Assembly (NCBI GenBank): GCA_951406725.2
Contig: OX597821.1
Span: 113,460,001 to 113,524,000, forward strand
Reading direction: 5' to 3'
Origin: Octopus vulgaris
Taxonomy: Eukaryota
Length of the DNA: 64,000 bases
The notes beneath the pieces were generated by a model. The model searched no databases, was not told the origin of the DNA, and saw nothing but the letters and a program-made list of their open reading frames with translations. Below, piece after piece: positions 39,585 through 52,495 of the stretch. How positions within the stretch are numbered: the stretch's first letter is position 1; each line of letters opens with the position of its first letter. Both the position numbers and the translations under genes were made by a program.

Positions 39585-40110
39585 TATCTCCCTGTCCGTC
39601 TGTCTCCCTGTCCGTCTGTCTCCCTGTCCGTCTGTCTCCCTGTCCGTCTATCTCCCTGTCCGTCTGTCTCCCTGTCCGTCTATCTCCCTGTCCGTCTGTC
39701 TCCCTGTCCGTCTGTCTCCCTGTCCGTCTGTCTCCCTGTCCGTCTGTCTCTCTGTCCATCTGTCTCTTTGTTCATCTGTCTCGTCTGTTTATCTCTCTAT
39801 CCATCTATCTCTTTGTCCATCTATCTCTCTGTCCATCTATCTCTCTGTCCATCTATCTCTCTGTCCATCTATCTCTCTGTCCATCTATCTCTCTGTCCAT
39901 CTATCTCTCTGTCCATCTATCTCTCTGTCCATCTATCTCTCTATCCATCTATCTCTCTGTCCATCTATCTCTCTGTCCATCTATCTCTCTGTCCATCTAT
40001 CTCTCTATCCATCTATCTCTCTATCCATCTATCTCTCTGTCCATCTATCTCTCTGTCCATCTATCTCTCTGTCCATCTATCTCTCTGTCCATCTATCTCT
40101 CAGTCCGTCT
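39585..40110 (+). repeat. 16-bp minisatellite, CTCCCTGTCCGTCTGT grading to CTCTCTGTCCATCTAT
   Basis: Direct reading; explains the three long low-complexity ORFs. Confidence 0.95.
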
Positions 40111-41051
40111 ATCTGTCTGTCTATCTATCCACATGTCTGTCTGTCTCTATCTCCATGGCTTTCCTAGCTGTACAATCCTTTGAGTTTTCTTACATATGTA
40201 ACCACTATGTGTACTAATGAAAGACATAAATTTATTTAAATCAAATTCTACTCCATTTGAATCACCATCTCCAGGTAATTGAAAACTTTTTCTTTTTGTT
40301 TTTTTGTTTCAGTATAATTTCCCAAGATAATGGGATGCCTTTTAGTCAGATAAAACAGCCTTATCTTCACAACATTCGAATGTGTCTTTGTTATATTACC
40401 ATCTTGGCAACTATTAAGTTCTAGCTGTTTAAGAAAATCCAAACTAAAGTATTATTTCGTAGGGCAGGGCTATTTATATTGCTTGGGTAAAGCAGGGCCT
40501 GTTAACCTTAAAGAGTTGAGGTTTTACCTGAAACCTCATAACCTGAAAGCTGTCTTGAACCACTTTACAAATTTCCCTCGGGGACCCTGAGATGACGAGA
40601 TATAGTTTTGTTAAATATATATCAATATATCAATATACATGTTCAATGGGTTGTATTGACTGGATTTTACTGCAGAGTGGTTGGTGCTAGGAAGAGTGTC
40701 CAGCCATAAAAACCCCGCCAAAACAGACGCAGTAGCCCAGGGTAGTTTTCTACCTGGCTGGCTCCTGTCGACTGTCCTACCCATGCATGCATGGAAGACC
40801 AGACATTAAATAATGATGATGATAAATAATTCTCTCTTCTAAAGACACAAGGCCAGAAATTTGGGGGGAGGGGAATAGTCGGTTACATGCTTAACTGGTA
40901 CTTATTTAATCGACCCCCAAAAGAAAGAAAGGTACAGTCAACCTCAGTGGAATTTGAACTCAGAATGTAAAGATGGACGAAATGCTGCTTAGCATTTTGT
41001 CTGGTGCACTAATGGTTCTGTCAACATGTTGCCTTGATAATAATAATAATG

Positions 41052-41084
<33 letters not shown>

Positions 41085-41812
41085 CACTGCTCTCTCACTC
41101 AATAATAATAATGGTAATGATGAGATATTTTTCTTTTGTTTTGTTTTGCTTATCTTCTATTTATAAATTCTATTCTGAAAAATATTCGATGCTCATAAAA
41201 TACAAAATGATGTCCTGTTTACATTTACTATTTTTAATAACAAACAGTAATGATATCAAGTTTTCTTAAACTAAACTTTGTTCAACTTGATTAGGATTTG
41301 TCTGTAGTTTGTTGATATTCCTAACTTCCTTTGGACCCTTTTGATATCAATCAACCTGAGATAACCCTGGTTTCTCTGATATACACTTCCTGTTTTAAAG
41401 TGATCTAGATTTAAAACTTTCACTGAAATTTCATGTTAATTTATGCTCCAAACACCATTTTACTAAAATTCTTCCTTATTTTCAAAATTGATTCATGCAA
41501 AGATATTGTATTTCATCAGAAATATGGTTAACAAAAGAATTAGTGATTTTAAATTAAAATCTATCATAAAAAAAATTTATGTCTGTTTATGTTCTAAGCA
41601 TAATAAAGGTAGTTATTTTACTGATTTCTTCATAGCAGCTTCATAGACTTGTCTCTCTGCATATCAGAGAGACAGAGGGATAGAAAGATGGAGACACAAT
41701 GTTAATTATATTAATAGATTTTGGTGAATGAAAGGATGTTGCTCTCGACAGGATTGGAAATCATATCTGTATGTTACTGAGATAATTCTTCAGTTTAAAT
41801 TGTTATTCTACC

Positions 41813-42046
41813 TATTTCTTTACTACCCACAAGGGGCTAAACACAGAGAGGACAAACAAGGACAGACAAATGGATTAAGTCGATTACATCGACCCCAGTG
41901 AGTAACTGGTACTTATTTAACCGACCCCGAAAGGACGAAAGGCAAAGTCGACCTCGGTGGAATTTGAACTCAGAACGTAGAGTCAGATGAAATACTGTTA
42001 AGCATTTCGCCCGGTGTGCTAACGTTTCTGCCAACTCGCCGCCTTC
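41813..42046 (-). mobile_element. tRNA-derived SINE, family B (GCCTTTCATCCTTTCGGGGTCGA central domain, reminiscent of Meta/Sauria-type SINE cores); other copies 23244-23575+, 35140-35363-, 55594-55830+, 50955-51165-, 59782-59985+, 62520-62890-
   Basis: Head GGCGGCGAGTTGGCAGAAACGTTAG..GAGTTCAAATTCC; 13-bp TSD TTGTTATTCTACC at 41800-41812 and 42047-42059. Confidence 0.85.
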
Positions 42047-43043
42047 TTGTTATTCTACCATTAAACGATATTTCTATCTTAAAATGTGTCAAACTGGGTT
42101 GAATGAATATAGTCAGACCTATTTATATCAGTTTGGGCATCTTTAATTTCCAAGGAGTGAAAACAAGTTTAGATTAAGGACCAGGTTTAAGTTGGTTGTA
42201 GTGTTAGATAATACACTGCTGCAGTCCATTAGATGAATCCTATAAAGTCTATAACATTTCTATGGTACATATAACAACTCATACATTGTTTGCTTTCCAG
42301 ACATTTGTACATTACTGCATGTACTTTATATGCACTTTCTGACAAGTTGTGGTGCACCTGAGCACTGTATACAATAATTTCATTATATCATTATATCATA
42401 TAATGTACTGTAGATATTTTCTGTAGTAGCAGCCCACAGCCACCAGGCTGCACACCAGTAGCATGCCAAGGATCATCTGATTCTGGGCTGCACAGAAAGA
42501 ATGCATTTGAAAAAATCTTAGTTTTATTTTAATAATGATCATAGTCTGCTGGGCCTGCATTATATATGTAACGATTACATTTTATCTCATGCATTTAATT
42601 GTGTTTTCTGAAGTGCATGGTTCCTTTATCCATGGAAAAATCGTCTTGCATGAAATCATTCTGATGCAAGAAAAAAATTTAGGCACTGCTCGCTTTTCTA
42701 TGGAACATATTATATACTATAGATATGTTATCTGGTATAATGCACTGTAGATATGTTCTATAGCACATACAATGGATTATAGATATGTCCCATGGTATTT
42801 TATAACAATGAAATGCCACCCTATAGGTACACTAGTAATTTAGTGTTGAATCTAATTGCTTAAGAAAGTGTTAAATATACAAACTGATCTATCCAGTTTA
42901 CTTTAACCATTATGATTAGGTGGGTTTATAAGCAATGTATTTGTGGATAATTAAAGAGAATACTCAGTTGCTAAGATTGTAAAAAGACTCAATAGAGTAT
43001 GTTTATAGACAAAAAAAGAGGAAACAGTTAACCATCACAGGTT

Positions 43044-43271
43044 TTAACCCTTTTGTTACCGTATTCCTGTTGAGATGCTATATGTTTCTTTCAATTATTT
43101 TTAAATATAACAAAGAATTTAGTAAAATAGCTTATTTATCATTCAGCAAGTGTTAGGAACATAAGTTCTGACTAAGGTTTGGTAGAAGATTTTAATTGAG
43201 AACTTTTGAAAACAAGACATTTGTACTAGAAGCCAGAAGCGGTTTCAGCCAGGTTGGTATCGAAAGGATTA
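43044..43271. mobile_element. TTAA-flanked (piggyBac-like) MITE; related ends at ~45304/46182 and ~62419
   Basis: TTAA|CCCTTTTGTTACC ... GGTATCGAAAGGA|TTAA. Confidence 0.55.
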
Positions 43272-43835
43272 ATGTATTATTTTACATTCCTCATATCACA
43301 TACTATTGACTAAAATCCTATGGATATGTTCCATAGTATATTATAGCAAATTATACTTTGGTGCATCATTAGTGTTCCTGCATGTTATCATTATAATTTA
43401 GCCTTGATAAAGGTCTTTAACTCCTAGACTGTCATAGGGTAACACATCTCAATCTCTTGTCAGCAGTTGGACACAGTATGATTATTCAGTTTTATTATCT
43501 TATGTTCAGTGACTCATTTGGGGGTTTTATGGGTGAATTATCATTCGTTAATAATTATCAATCATTAACAGATCATATTTTCTAGGAGCTTTGTTATTTG
43601 AAGTTCAACTTAGTTGTGACACTTGTTCACGTGTTTTTGTCCTTCAGTTCAAGTCTTTTACCCAATACTGATAAGGAATTATTTATGGCATTCTTTGCCT
43701 TGAGATCCCTACAAGGAGTTGTTTCACATTCATCTGGCATCAATATATCATCGTCAACATCGTTTTAATGTCCAGTTTTTCATGCTGGTAATACTTGCTT
43801 AAAACTATTTCAAGAGGTCAAGGCGAGGAGACAGC

Positions 43836-43872
<37 letters not shown>

Positions 43873-44196
43873 GCTCCTACTAGGTTTACACCTACAAAAT
43901 CCACTCACAAGGCTTTGGTTGGCCCAGTGCTGTAGCAGAAGACACTAGCCCAAAGTGCCGTGCTTTGGGATTGAACCTATAACTGTGTCATTGGGAAGCA
44001 AACTACATACTACGCAGTCATGCCTGCACCTCTGTGTGTAGAGAGAGATTGATGGGTGTCTGTATGTACATGATTGTGTGTGTATCATAAAACTATTAGA
44101 AGCCTAACCCATCCCATTATGGAAAAATAAACATAAAATGATAATCTTGTGGATTTATTTGAGATCATTTGTGATTCTAATAATATAATTAACATT

Positions 44197-44841
44197 GTAA
44201 AAGCACCATTCGCTCATGGCCGTTTGCCAGCTCTGCCTGGCCCCGTGTCGGTGGCACGAAAAAGCACCATCCGTTCGTGTTCGTTGCCAGCCTCGCCTAG
44301 CACCGTCCGTTCGTGGCCGTTTGCCAGCTCTGTCTGGCCCCGTGTCGGTGACACGTAAAAGCACCGTCCGCTCGTGGCCGTTTGCCAGCTCTGTCTGGCA
44401 ACCGTGTTGGTGGCACGTAAAAGCACCATCCGTTCGCGTCCGTTGCCAGCCTCGGCTGGCCCCCGTGCCGGTGACACGTAAAAGCACCGTCCGTTCGTGG
44501 CCGGTTGCCAGCTCTGTCTGGCCCCGTGTCGGTGGCACGTAAAAGCACCATCCGTTCGTGTCCGTTGCCAGCATCGCCTGGCCCCGTGCCGGTGACACGT
44601 AAAAGCACCATCCGTTCGTGGCCGTTCGCCAGCTCTGTCTGGCACCTGTGCAGGTGGCACGTAAAAAACACCCACTACACTCGAGGAGTGGTTGGCGTTA
44701 GGAAGGGCATCCAGCCGTAGAAACACTGCCAGATCTGACTGGGCCTGACGAAGCCTTCCAGCTTCACAGACCCCAGTTGACCCGTCCAACCCATGCTAGC
44801 ATGGAAAGCGGACGCTAAACGATGATGATGATGATGATGAT
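44197..44841 (+). mobile_element. RTE-3'-end-derived element with ~8 tandem ~60-bp modules
   Basis: GTAAAAGCACC recurs at ~61-bp spacing; ends ...GGAAAGCGGACGCTAAAC(GAT)n like the RTE tail. Confidence 0.85.
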
Positions 44842-45714
44842 TGTGAAATGAAATCTAAAACAACATTAAGGTTTATCTGGCTTTCAGTACTTTTCATATT
44901 TTTCAAAAAATGCTAATTATCAATACGTTTAATCTGCATTGGATTTAGACATAAACTAAACAAGTCACAGTTTAGTCTTTCAAACTGCAGCTGCCTTAAA
45001 AGACTGTATTTAATGGTGTAAAAGATACACAGAACTTTTGGATACATCATAGTTACACCAGCATATATTTAGAATGAAAAAAAAATAAACACCCTTTAAT
45101 GCTTTAAGGCATGTAACTTTGGCTCAGCTTTGCATATGGGACCTAGGGTAATATTTTTTTTAGATTTTTCTTTTGGAAAAAGTGCACCATATATGCTGCC
45201 AAATACAGTAATCAAACAGCGTTTCTAACTCAGAGACTTTTATGGTGTCATTTTTGTAACAAGGAGTTTTCAAGGCCTTATATAGCTTAACAACCCACCA
45301 AGTTTAACTCCTTAGCATTCAAATTAGTCTATCAAGTGTAATATCACATTATTTTGATTTGATCATGCCTTATCTCATAGCTTTGAGATTTTGATGTGAT
45401 TATTTATTTTTAGAATGACATTGTAGAGATGGTGTGAGAGGCCAGATCTGGTCAGTTTGAACGTAAAACAGGTAGAATATTTGGGATGAATATGGACATT
45501 TCAAATCAGGTGTGTGGAAACATTTTAGTGAGGCAAGCAAGAATTTCCAAAGAAAAAGGTCCGTGGGTGGGTCACAAGTTCTAACTCTTATATTTGTACA
45601 CTCGTGCGTCTTATAGGCCATCAAATACCGTACTTATGAGATATTCTATATTTTTCAGCTAGCGGATAGTTGGGTCCCAAGGGAGTGATACAAACCTAGC
45701 AATATATGTTTTAT

Positions 45715-45956
45715 CACACATGATCACATGACTGACCAGACCATCAGATGTTACTGCACATCGCTGGTCACAATGCATTCGCATTGTTTTAGCCTTCGAA
45801 TGATGCCACCCCGCTGGCTAAGCGAGCAGGCCAACAGACAAAAGAGTGAGAGAAAGAGTGGTGAATAAACACACACAACGCCCGGTCTGGGAATCGAAAC
45901 CGCGATCCTACGACCGCGAGTCCGCTGCCCTAACCACTGGGCCATTGCGCCTCCAC
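45715..45956 (-). mobile_element. tRNA-derived SINE, family C
   Basis: Head GGAGGCGCAATGGCCCAGTGGTTAGGGCAGCGGACTCGCG..GTTTCGATTCC; 11-bp TSD ATATGTTTTAT at 45704-45714 and 45957-45967. Confidence 0.85.
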
Positions 45957-46298
45957 ATATGTTTTATAGTGTTAACAAAATTTCCATTTAAATGGCAATT
46001 ACAGGGATGATTTTCTGTTTGAGTCAAACTGTTTTAAATCGTAGTTGAAGTGCAACCTATGTCACAAATAGGAAAACGAATATTGTATAAATTTTATAAT
46101 TAAAAAATTTACTATATTTTGAACATACGAGTACATCAAGCAGGGTTTTTTCCCACTGCTGGTTTAAATGCTAAAGGGTTAAATCTGCATTTGGTTAACT
46201 AAAAATGATTTTCTCTTTTTTTGTTTTTACTTTTCTTTTTCTAAGATTCTCTTGTTCTTCAGTTACTTCTCATGTTCTCTGTTCTGTTACTTTTGCAG

Positions 46299-46349
46299 GC
46301 AATGATTGAATCCATAAAACATACTATTGTGATGCTTCAGATCACTAAA
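46299..46349 (+). CDS. OSBPL9: Internal coding exon of OSBPL9-like gene (AMIESIKHTIVMLQITK)
   Basis: TTTTGCAG acceptor, AAA|GTAAGT donor, 51 bp phase 0-0. Matches the ORP9 motif M(V/I)ESIKH.IV.LQI.K. Confidence 0.85.
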
Positions 46350-46534
46350 GTAAGTTTTTCATTTTCTTATTGTTCTGTTTCAAAATCTTTCTTCAACTTG
46401 CTACAAACTTTTAAAACTTTTGAACTCCATTTTTATTCAAAACCCATCACATCATCATCATAAAAAAACTAAAGGGCCGCTGCAATAAGTGTGTGTATCT
46501 GAGAGGGGAATATGTTAAATGAAATCGTAGAAGT

Positions 46535-47085
46535 GCTAATCTCTAACTGTGGTGGGAACCTGTGGTGGAGGTAGACCCAGGAAGATATGTGATGAAGCAT
46601 GATCTTCGAACTTTGATCCTCACAGAGGCAATGATTGGTGACTGAGACCTTTGGCAATATGCTGTGCTTGAGAAGACCTGTCAAGCCAAGTGAGATCATA
46701 GTCATGACTGATACTGGTGGCACATAAAGAGCACCATTGGAGGGTTGCACTTCATAAAGTGGCTGAGTTCCTATCAAGTATTGGGTCTCACAGAAGCAAT
46801 GACCAAGACCTTTGACATTATGTCATTGCTTGAGAAGAAGACCCATCAAGCCGAGCAAAATTGCAGTTGTGACAGATACTGGTGTCATGCAAATGTCATC
46901 CATGCTGGTAGCACGTAAAAGCACCCATTACACTCTCAGAGTGGTTAGCGTTAGGAAGGGCACCCAGCTGTAGAAAACCATGCCAAATCAGACCGGAGTC
47001 TGGTGCAGCCTTCTAGCTTACCAGCCCTGGTCAAACCATCCAGCCTGTGTCAGCATGGACAGTGAACATTAAATGATGATGATAA
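46535..47085 (+). mobile_element. Decayed RTE 3' fragment (related subfamily)
   Basis: GRPRK..HDL..LTEAM..DLWQYAV-like remnant plus GGAAGGGCA..CCAGCTGTAGAAA and (GAT)n tail. Confidence 0.75.
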
Positions 47086-49232
47086 TTAACTGGTCCTCCT
47101 GTATTTTCTTTTGCCCAAAGCCAGGGACTTTTCAGCACCCCTTCGTATCAGTATGTGTGTGTGTGTGTGTGTGTGTGTGTATGCAGGTATCAAGAATAGA
47201 ATAGTTTTGGGTGAAGCATTGTTATCCACTGTAATATGTAATATAGTTGTAATATTCATTTCTATTAACTTTATGAAAATTAAAAGACAATTTGCTTTCA
47301 AGATAACAACTTCAAATTTAGAATATTTCTTGTTAAAGTGGGTTTTTTTGTTTTAGATTTTTAACTTGAGGTGTATTTTCACGACTTCTAATTACTGAAC
47401 ATATTTAAAGAATTTTTTTTGTCTTTACTCATAATTAGCTCCATCAACCTTTACTCTGATAAGCTGTGTTAATTCAGTAAATGGATGGGGGGGATGGATG
47501 GAGCGGGGAGGATAAGAAACGTTTATCAATAAAAGTCACTCTTCAATTCACTTTCTCATATCTTTTTGTTGTTGTTTTGGTTGAACTTCAAAAATATTTG
47601 TTTTCTAAAAACTCTTAAAATTTTTCATAATATACCTTTTGTTTTACTTGTTTCAATCGTTAGACTGTGGCCATACTAGAGCCCGGCCCCGAAGAATTTT
47701 TAGTCAAATGAATTGACCCCAGTATTTTTTTAAAATTTGATTTTCAAAGTCTAGTACGTATACTATTTGGTCTTTTTTGCCAAACCGCTAAGTTACAGGG
47801 ACATAAACACACCAACACTGGTTGCTAAGTAATGGTGGAGGCGAAGACATCCACGCGTACTCATATATAGATATATATTCTTTTATTCTTTTACTTGTTT
47901 CAGTCATTTGACTGTGGCCATGCTCGAGCACCAACTTAAAGGGTTTTAGTCGAAGAAATCGACCCCAGGACTTATTCTATCAATCTCATTTGCTGAACCG
48001 CTAAGTTATGGGAACGTAAACACACCAGCATGGATTGTCAAGTGATGTGGTAGGGAACAGACACACACACGCACACATACCTAAGGGATATTAAATATCC
48101 AAAGAATTTACTGATTTATATTACCTATATCAATAACAATGTTTTGATATTTTTGGTCGAATAGTTAAGAAGCTATGTTAATCTGATGAAGCATGATTAC
48201 ATATTTAAACAGATTCGATCATTCTTGAAAAACTTCATTTATGAATGAAGTGCAAACGGCTGCAATTTATGAGATGTGTTAGGAAGGGCAGTACTTTATT
48301 GTGTGTGTGTTTGTGTTGAGTTTGTCCCCCATTGCCACTTGACAGCTGATGTGGGTTTGTTTATGTCCCTGTAACTTGATGGTCTGGCCAAAGAGATCCA
48401 CAGAATAAGTGCTAAACTTAAGACAAATACAGGAGTTGATTTGCTTGACTAAATCCTTCAAGGTGATGCCCCAGTATGGCCACAGTCCAACGACTGAAAT
48501 CAGTAAAAGATAAAAGATAATGATGAAAATATTATATCAGGCTTATAATTGATAGATAACCTATCAATTTGGCCTTCTGTGACTCTTATATTAACTTGAT
48601 ATCAATAAATACCTGATAATTAGTTAAAAGTGCTACAACCTTGGTCCACGGGCCATTCTTTTCATTTTACTTCAGATTAATACATTAAAGTTTTTCTTCC
48701 TTCTGCTGTTAATGTTTTTTTTAATCGTCAACTAATTCCTTTTCTGCCAGTATGTGCCATCTTGTCTCCATGCATGTTTCAAGGTTTCTTCTCTCATCAG
48801 TTAAAGTTGTGCATCCAACGGTGAAGAAACAGGAATTAAACCTAATGATTGTAATTATCATAAACTTCATATACCACACACACACACACACACACACCAC
48901 TTCATATACCACACAAATAAACAGCACCATGTATACAACACACACACACACACACACCATGTGCAATTGTTAATCCAGGCATTTTTTTTCTCTTCCTCTC
49001 TCCATGTTTTTCCTTTCTCCATCTGTTTTCTCTCCTTATTCCTTCCTGTAGAAGAGCCTAGGCTCAAACTGTCAAACACTCTTCCTATTTTTTCTGAGAG
49101 TTTAGACTGATACACTCTATTTGTTGTTCCCTCACCCGTCTCTCTCTTTTGCTTTTTGTACAATTTTGAACTACATATATAGCTAGATAGATAAATAGAT
49201 AGATAACACCTATACAATATATACAACACCAC

Positions 49233-49266
<34 letters not shown>

Positions 49267-49570
49267 ATACACAACACATATGCAGTGTATGTATATATAT
49301 CGTGAAGAGTTTGGTTGAACAAACAAAAGTGTTAATAATTTTCAAAAATTCTGACTGCCTCCTTGATATACAATATCTGTACACCTCTTCAAACTCTCAC
49401 TCTCTCTCCCTCTCTCTCTAATATAGATACACACACACAATGCCGTATATACAATTTCTTATACAGCTTCAGTTGTATATGTGTTAGTGTGTGTTTTCAT
49501 TAATGGTTATTATTTATTTTTTTTAAATTTTGTTTTATGTTTTGACACATTTTTATTTTCATTCCAACAG

Positions 49571-49661
49571 GAAAGTTTAAAAGGTCCAGTTGTAAATAGT
49601 ACATTGTATGATTTAGTGCCCGCTGCACCACGTATCAAAATACATCCTGCCGAAGCGGCAA
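49571..49661 (+). CDS. OSBPL9: Probable next coding exon of OSBPL9-like gene (ESLKGPVVNSTLYDLVPAAPRIKIHPAEAA), low-conservation linker
   Basis: Long T-rich tract + CAACAG|G acceptor, A|GTAAGT donor, open in phase 0. Non-repetitive sequence; homology not recognisable by eye. Confidence 0.65.
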
Positions 49662-50099
49662 GTAAGTACCTCTTATCTCTCTTTCTCTCTGTTTGATTTT
49701 TCTCTTTTTCAATTTGAACCTCTTTATTTGGTATCATTGTTCTGTTAATATTATTGCATACATTTTTATGTTTTTACTTATGATTGAATATATTCAAGTT
49801 AGCTTCTAGTTCAATATAAAAGATTGGCCATTTTATTTAATGTAGAGAAGCACAAGGTTCTGTGAAGATTTGGTACCACTTGGAAGATGGTGTCTGACAT
49901 GTGTCAACATAAAATCCGGATTATCTCACACAGTGCTCACATATAACCTTAAAGAATGGGAGCAGATAGATAGATCACATGTGCATACGGCTTACATTTT
50001 CGTCAATTTAGGACTTTTTTTCATATTTGCTGAGTCATACTCAGGATGGTCTCTGGTAATTAGAATTAACAAATACAGAAAATAACAATGATAATAATT

Positions 50100-50275
50100 A
50101 GCAGTTTATCCAATGTAATAATGGTATCAATAGTAATTGGTGCTTTTGGCAGTATCAGCACTCAACTACCAACTTTGCTCAATAAGATTGGTACATATGT
50201 AAAGAAAGAACACCTAAATAAATCAGCATTGCTTGGAAGCACGAGATTTCTCCACAGGGTTCTTCAAGCAAGCAA
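50100..50275 (+). mobile_element. Short R4/Dong-like C-terminal fragment
   Basis: IVIGAFGSI..LNKIG..KSALLGSTRFLHRVL. Confidence 0.6.
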
Positions 50276-50564
50276 TCAGGATCAACAAACCAGTGTCTCC
50301 TTAGTCTACTATAGGCACAAGGCCTGAAAGTTTGGGGAAAGGGGCTAGCTGATTGCATCAAACCCAGTACTTGGGTTCATACCTATTTCATCAACCCCAA
50401 AAGGAGGCAAAGCAAAGTCAATCTCAGTAGAATTTGTACTTGTAGAGGGGGACAAAATTCTGCAAAGCATTTTGCCCAATGTGCTAATGATTCTGCCTGC
50501 TCACCATATTAATAATGTATAATAATAATAATAATAATGATAATAATAATCTTTTCTACAATAA

Positions 50565-50950
50565 GTGCAGAAGTGGCTGTGTGGTAAGAAGCTTGCTTCC
50601 CAACCACATGATTCTGGGTTCAGTCACACTGTATGGAACCTTGGGCAAGTGTCTTCTACTATAGCCTCGGACCGACCAAAGCCCTGTAAGTGGATTTGGT
50701 AGACGGAAACTGAAAGAAGCCCGTCGTGTGTGTGTGTGTGTGTATTTGTTTGTCTGTGTTTGTCCCCCCCACCATCGCTTGACAACTGATGTTGGTGTGT
50801 TTACAATACTGCAACTTAGCGGCTCAGCAAAAGTGAACAATAGTAAAAGTTCTAGGCTTACAAAGAATAAGTCCTGGGGCCGACTTGTTCGACTAAAAGC
50901 GGTGCTCCAGCATGGCCGCAGTCAAATGACTGAAACAAGTAAAAGAGTAA
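50565..50950 (+). mobile_element. Full-length SINE family A copy
   Basis: Colinear with 23953-24330 across head, core and tail. Confidence 0.85.
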
Positions 50951-51509
50951 AACAATAGGCACAAGGCCTGAAATTTGGTGAATGGGGTGGGGATCAGCCA
51001 ATTATATTGACCTCAGTGCGCAACTTGTATTTATTTCATCAACCCCGCAAAAGGATGAATGGCAAAGTTAACCTCAATGGAATTTGAACTCAGAATGTAA
51101 AGATGGTTGAAATGCCACTGAGCAGTTTTTCTGGTGTGCTGACAACTCTGCCAATTTGCTGCGTTAATGAAAATAATAATTTCATTTTTGTGTTTCGTTT
51201 GCAAGACTCTTTATGTGAATTCATGATTTGAAACACATTTTATGTTGGGAGAGTAATTACAGATATGCGCATGCATAACATAAACACCGGAACACACAGC
51301 CATGCACACATGCAAACATATGCTTGTACACACACTCAGGCATAAGTGCACATATATGCAGAGACACACAGACCATGCATAGACCATCCCCAAGGATGAA
51401 AGGCAAAGTCATTTTCAGTAGAACTTGAACTCAGAATGGAAAGACAGACAAAATACCTCTAAGCATTTCGCCCAGTGTGCTAACGAGTCTGCCAGTTTGG
51501 CACCTTAGG

Positions 51510-51829
51510 ATTGTAAAGAAAGAGGATGTAAAATGAAATGTAATCCCTTAAAATTTTGAATCACAAGAATTTGGAATATGAAGACTAAAGTTTGAGCCTG
51601 TGGTGATTGGTGCATTGGGAATTGTAAGTAAAAATATTGAGAAATGGTTGAAGGAGATTGGAATAGAATGTCCTGCAGAGCCTCTACAGAATGTTTACTC
51701 CTTAGGGACAGGAAAGATTATCAGGAGAGTCTTAGGCACTTGAAAGACTATTGAAAGATTGTGTATACCTCTGGTATACCACATAAATTCTAACAGGAAT
51801 AAGAACGAACCTGGGTCAAATCAATAATG

Positions 51830-51862
<33 letters not shown>
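51510..51862 (+). mobile_element. 3' end of an R4/Dong-like (REL endonuclease) non-LTR element with (TAA)n tail
   Basis: 51591-51743 reads FEPVVIGALGIVSKNIEKWLKEIGI..LQ....LGTGKIIRRVLGT*; (AAT)n at 51824-51862. Confidence 0.72.
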
Positions 51863-51864
<2 letters not shown>

Positions 51865-52299
51865 GAAGCAGAAATACGGATGATATCAAGAACTGTGTTT
51901 GCTAGAAATTGTGTTCTGGAAATATGTCTGACCATATTTTTGAATGTTGTATTAGTAACTTATTTATAGGACTTGGTTAGGATGCATAGCACAGTGGTTA
52001 GAGCATCTTGCTCACAATCATGAGGTAGAGTGTTCGATTCTCGGGCTGGGCTGTGTTTTGTGTTATTGAGTAAGACACTTTATTTCTCCTTGCTCCTGTT
52101 TGCTCAGCTGTAGAAGAGAGTTGTGATGCCACTGGTGCCAAGCTGTATCGACTTTCGCCTTTCCCTAGGTTAACATCGGTTGCATGGGTGACTGCCAGTC
52201 TTCCATAAACAACCTTGCCCAGACTTGTGCCCCGGAGGGGAACTTTCTAGGTGCAATCCCATCATCATTAATGACCAAAAGAGATCTTTACCCTTTACA

Positions 52300-52495
52300 T
52301 GACATAAGGTCAGCTATAAACCATCTTCATACCATCCAGAATCAAATGGAATTGCTGAAAGAATTGTGTGTTAAATTTGGATTTTAGAATATTTGCTAGG
52401 GGACTGGAAATGGTTCTATTAATGCTTTTTTGAGTTTTATGATTTTGACATTTTGGACAATGCCTCACTCAGGACAACTTCTTTGCCCATCTACC
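52300..52495 (+). pseudogene. Gypsy-type integrase core remnant
   Basis: 52321 onward reads PSSYHPESNGIAERIV, with a later F..T.PHS-like segment. Confidence 0.6.

Noticed and set aside
39484-40217. Three 227-241-aa ORFs
   Set aside because: Translations of a stop-free 16-bp pyrimidine-rich repeat.
44155-44789. Overlapping 108-191-aa ORFs
   Set aside because: Arise from GC-rich tandem 60-bp modules of the RTE tail.
45870-45956. tRNA gene (also 1863-1945, 34201-34255, 51980-52050)
   Set aside because: tRNA-like A/B boxes but no complete acceptor stem; they continue into SINE bodies, two of them with clear TSDs.
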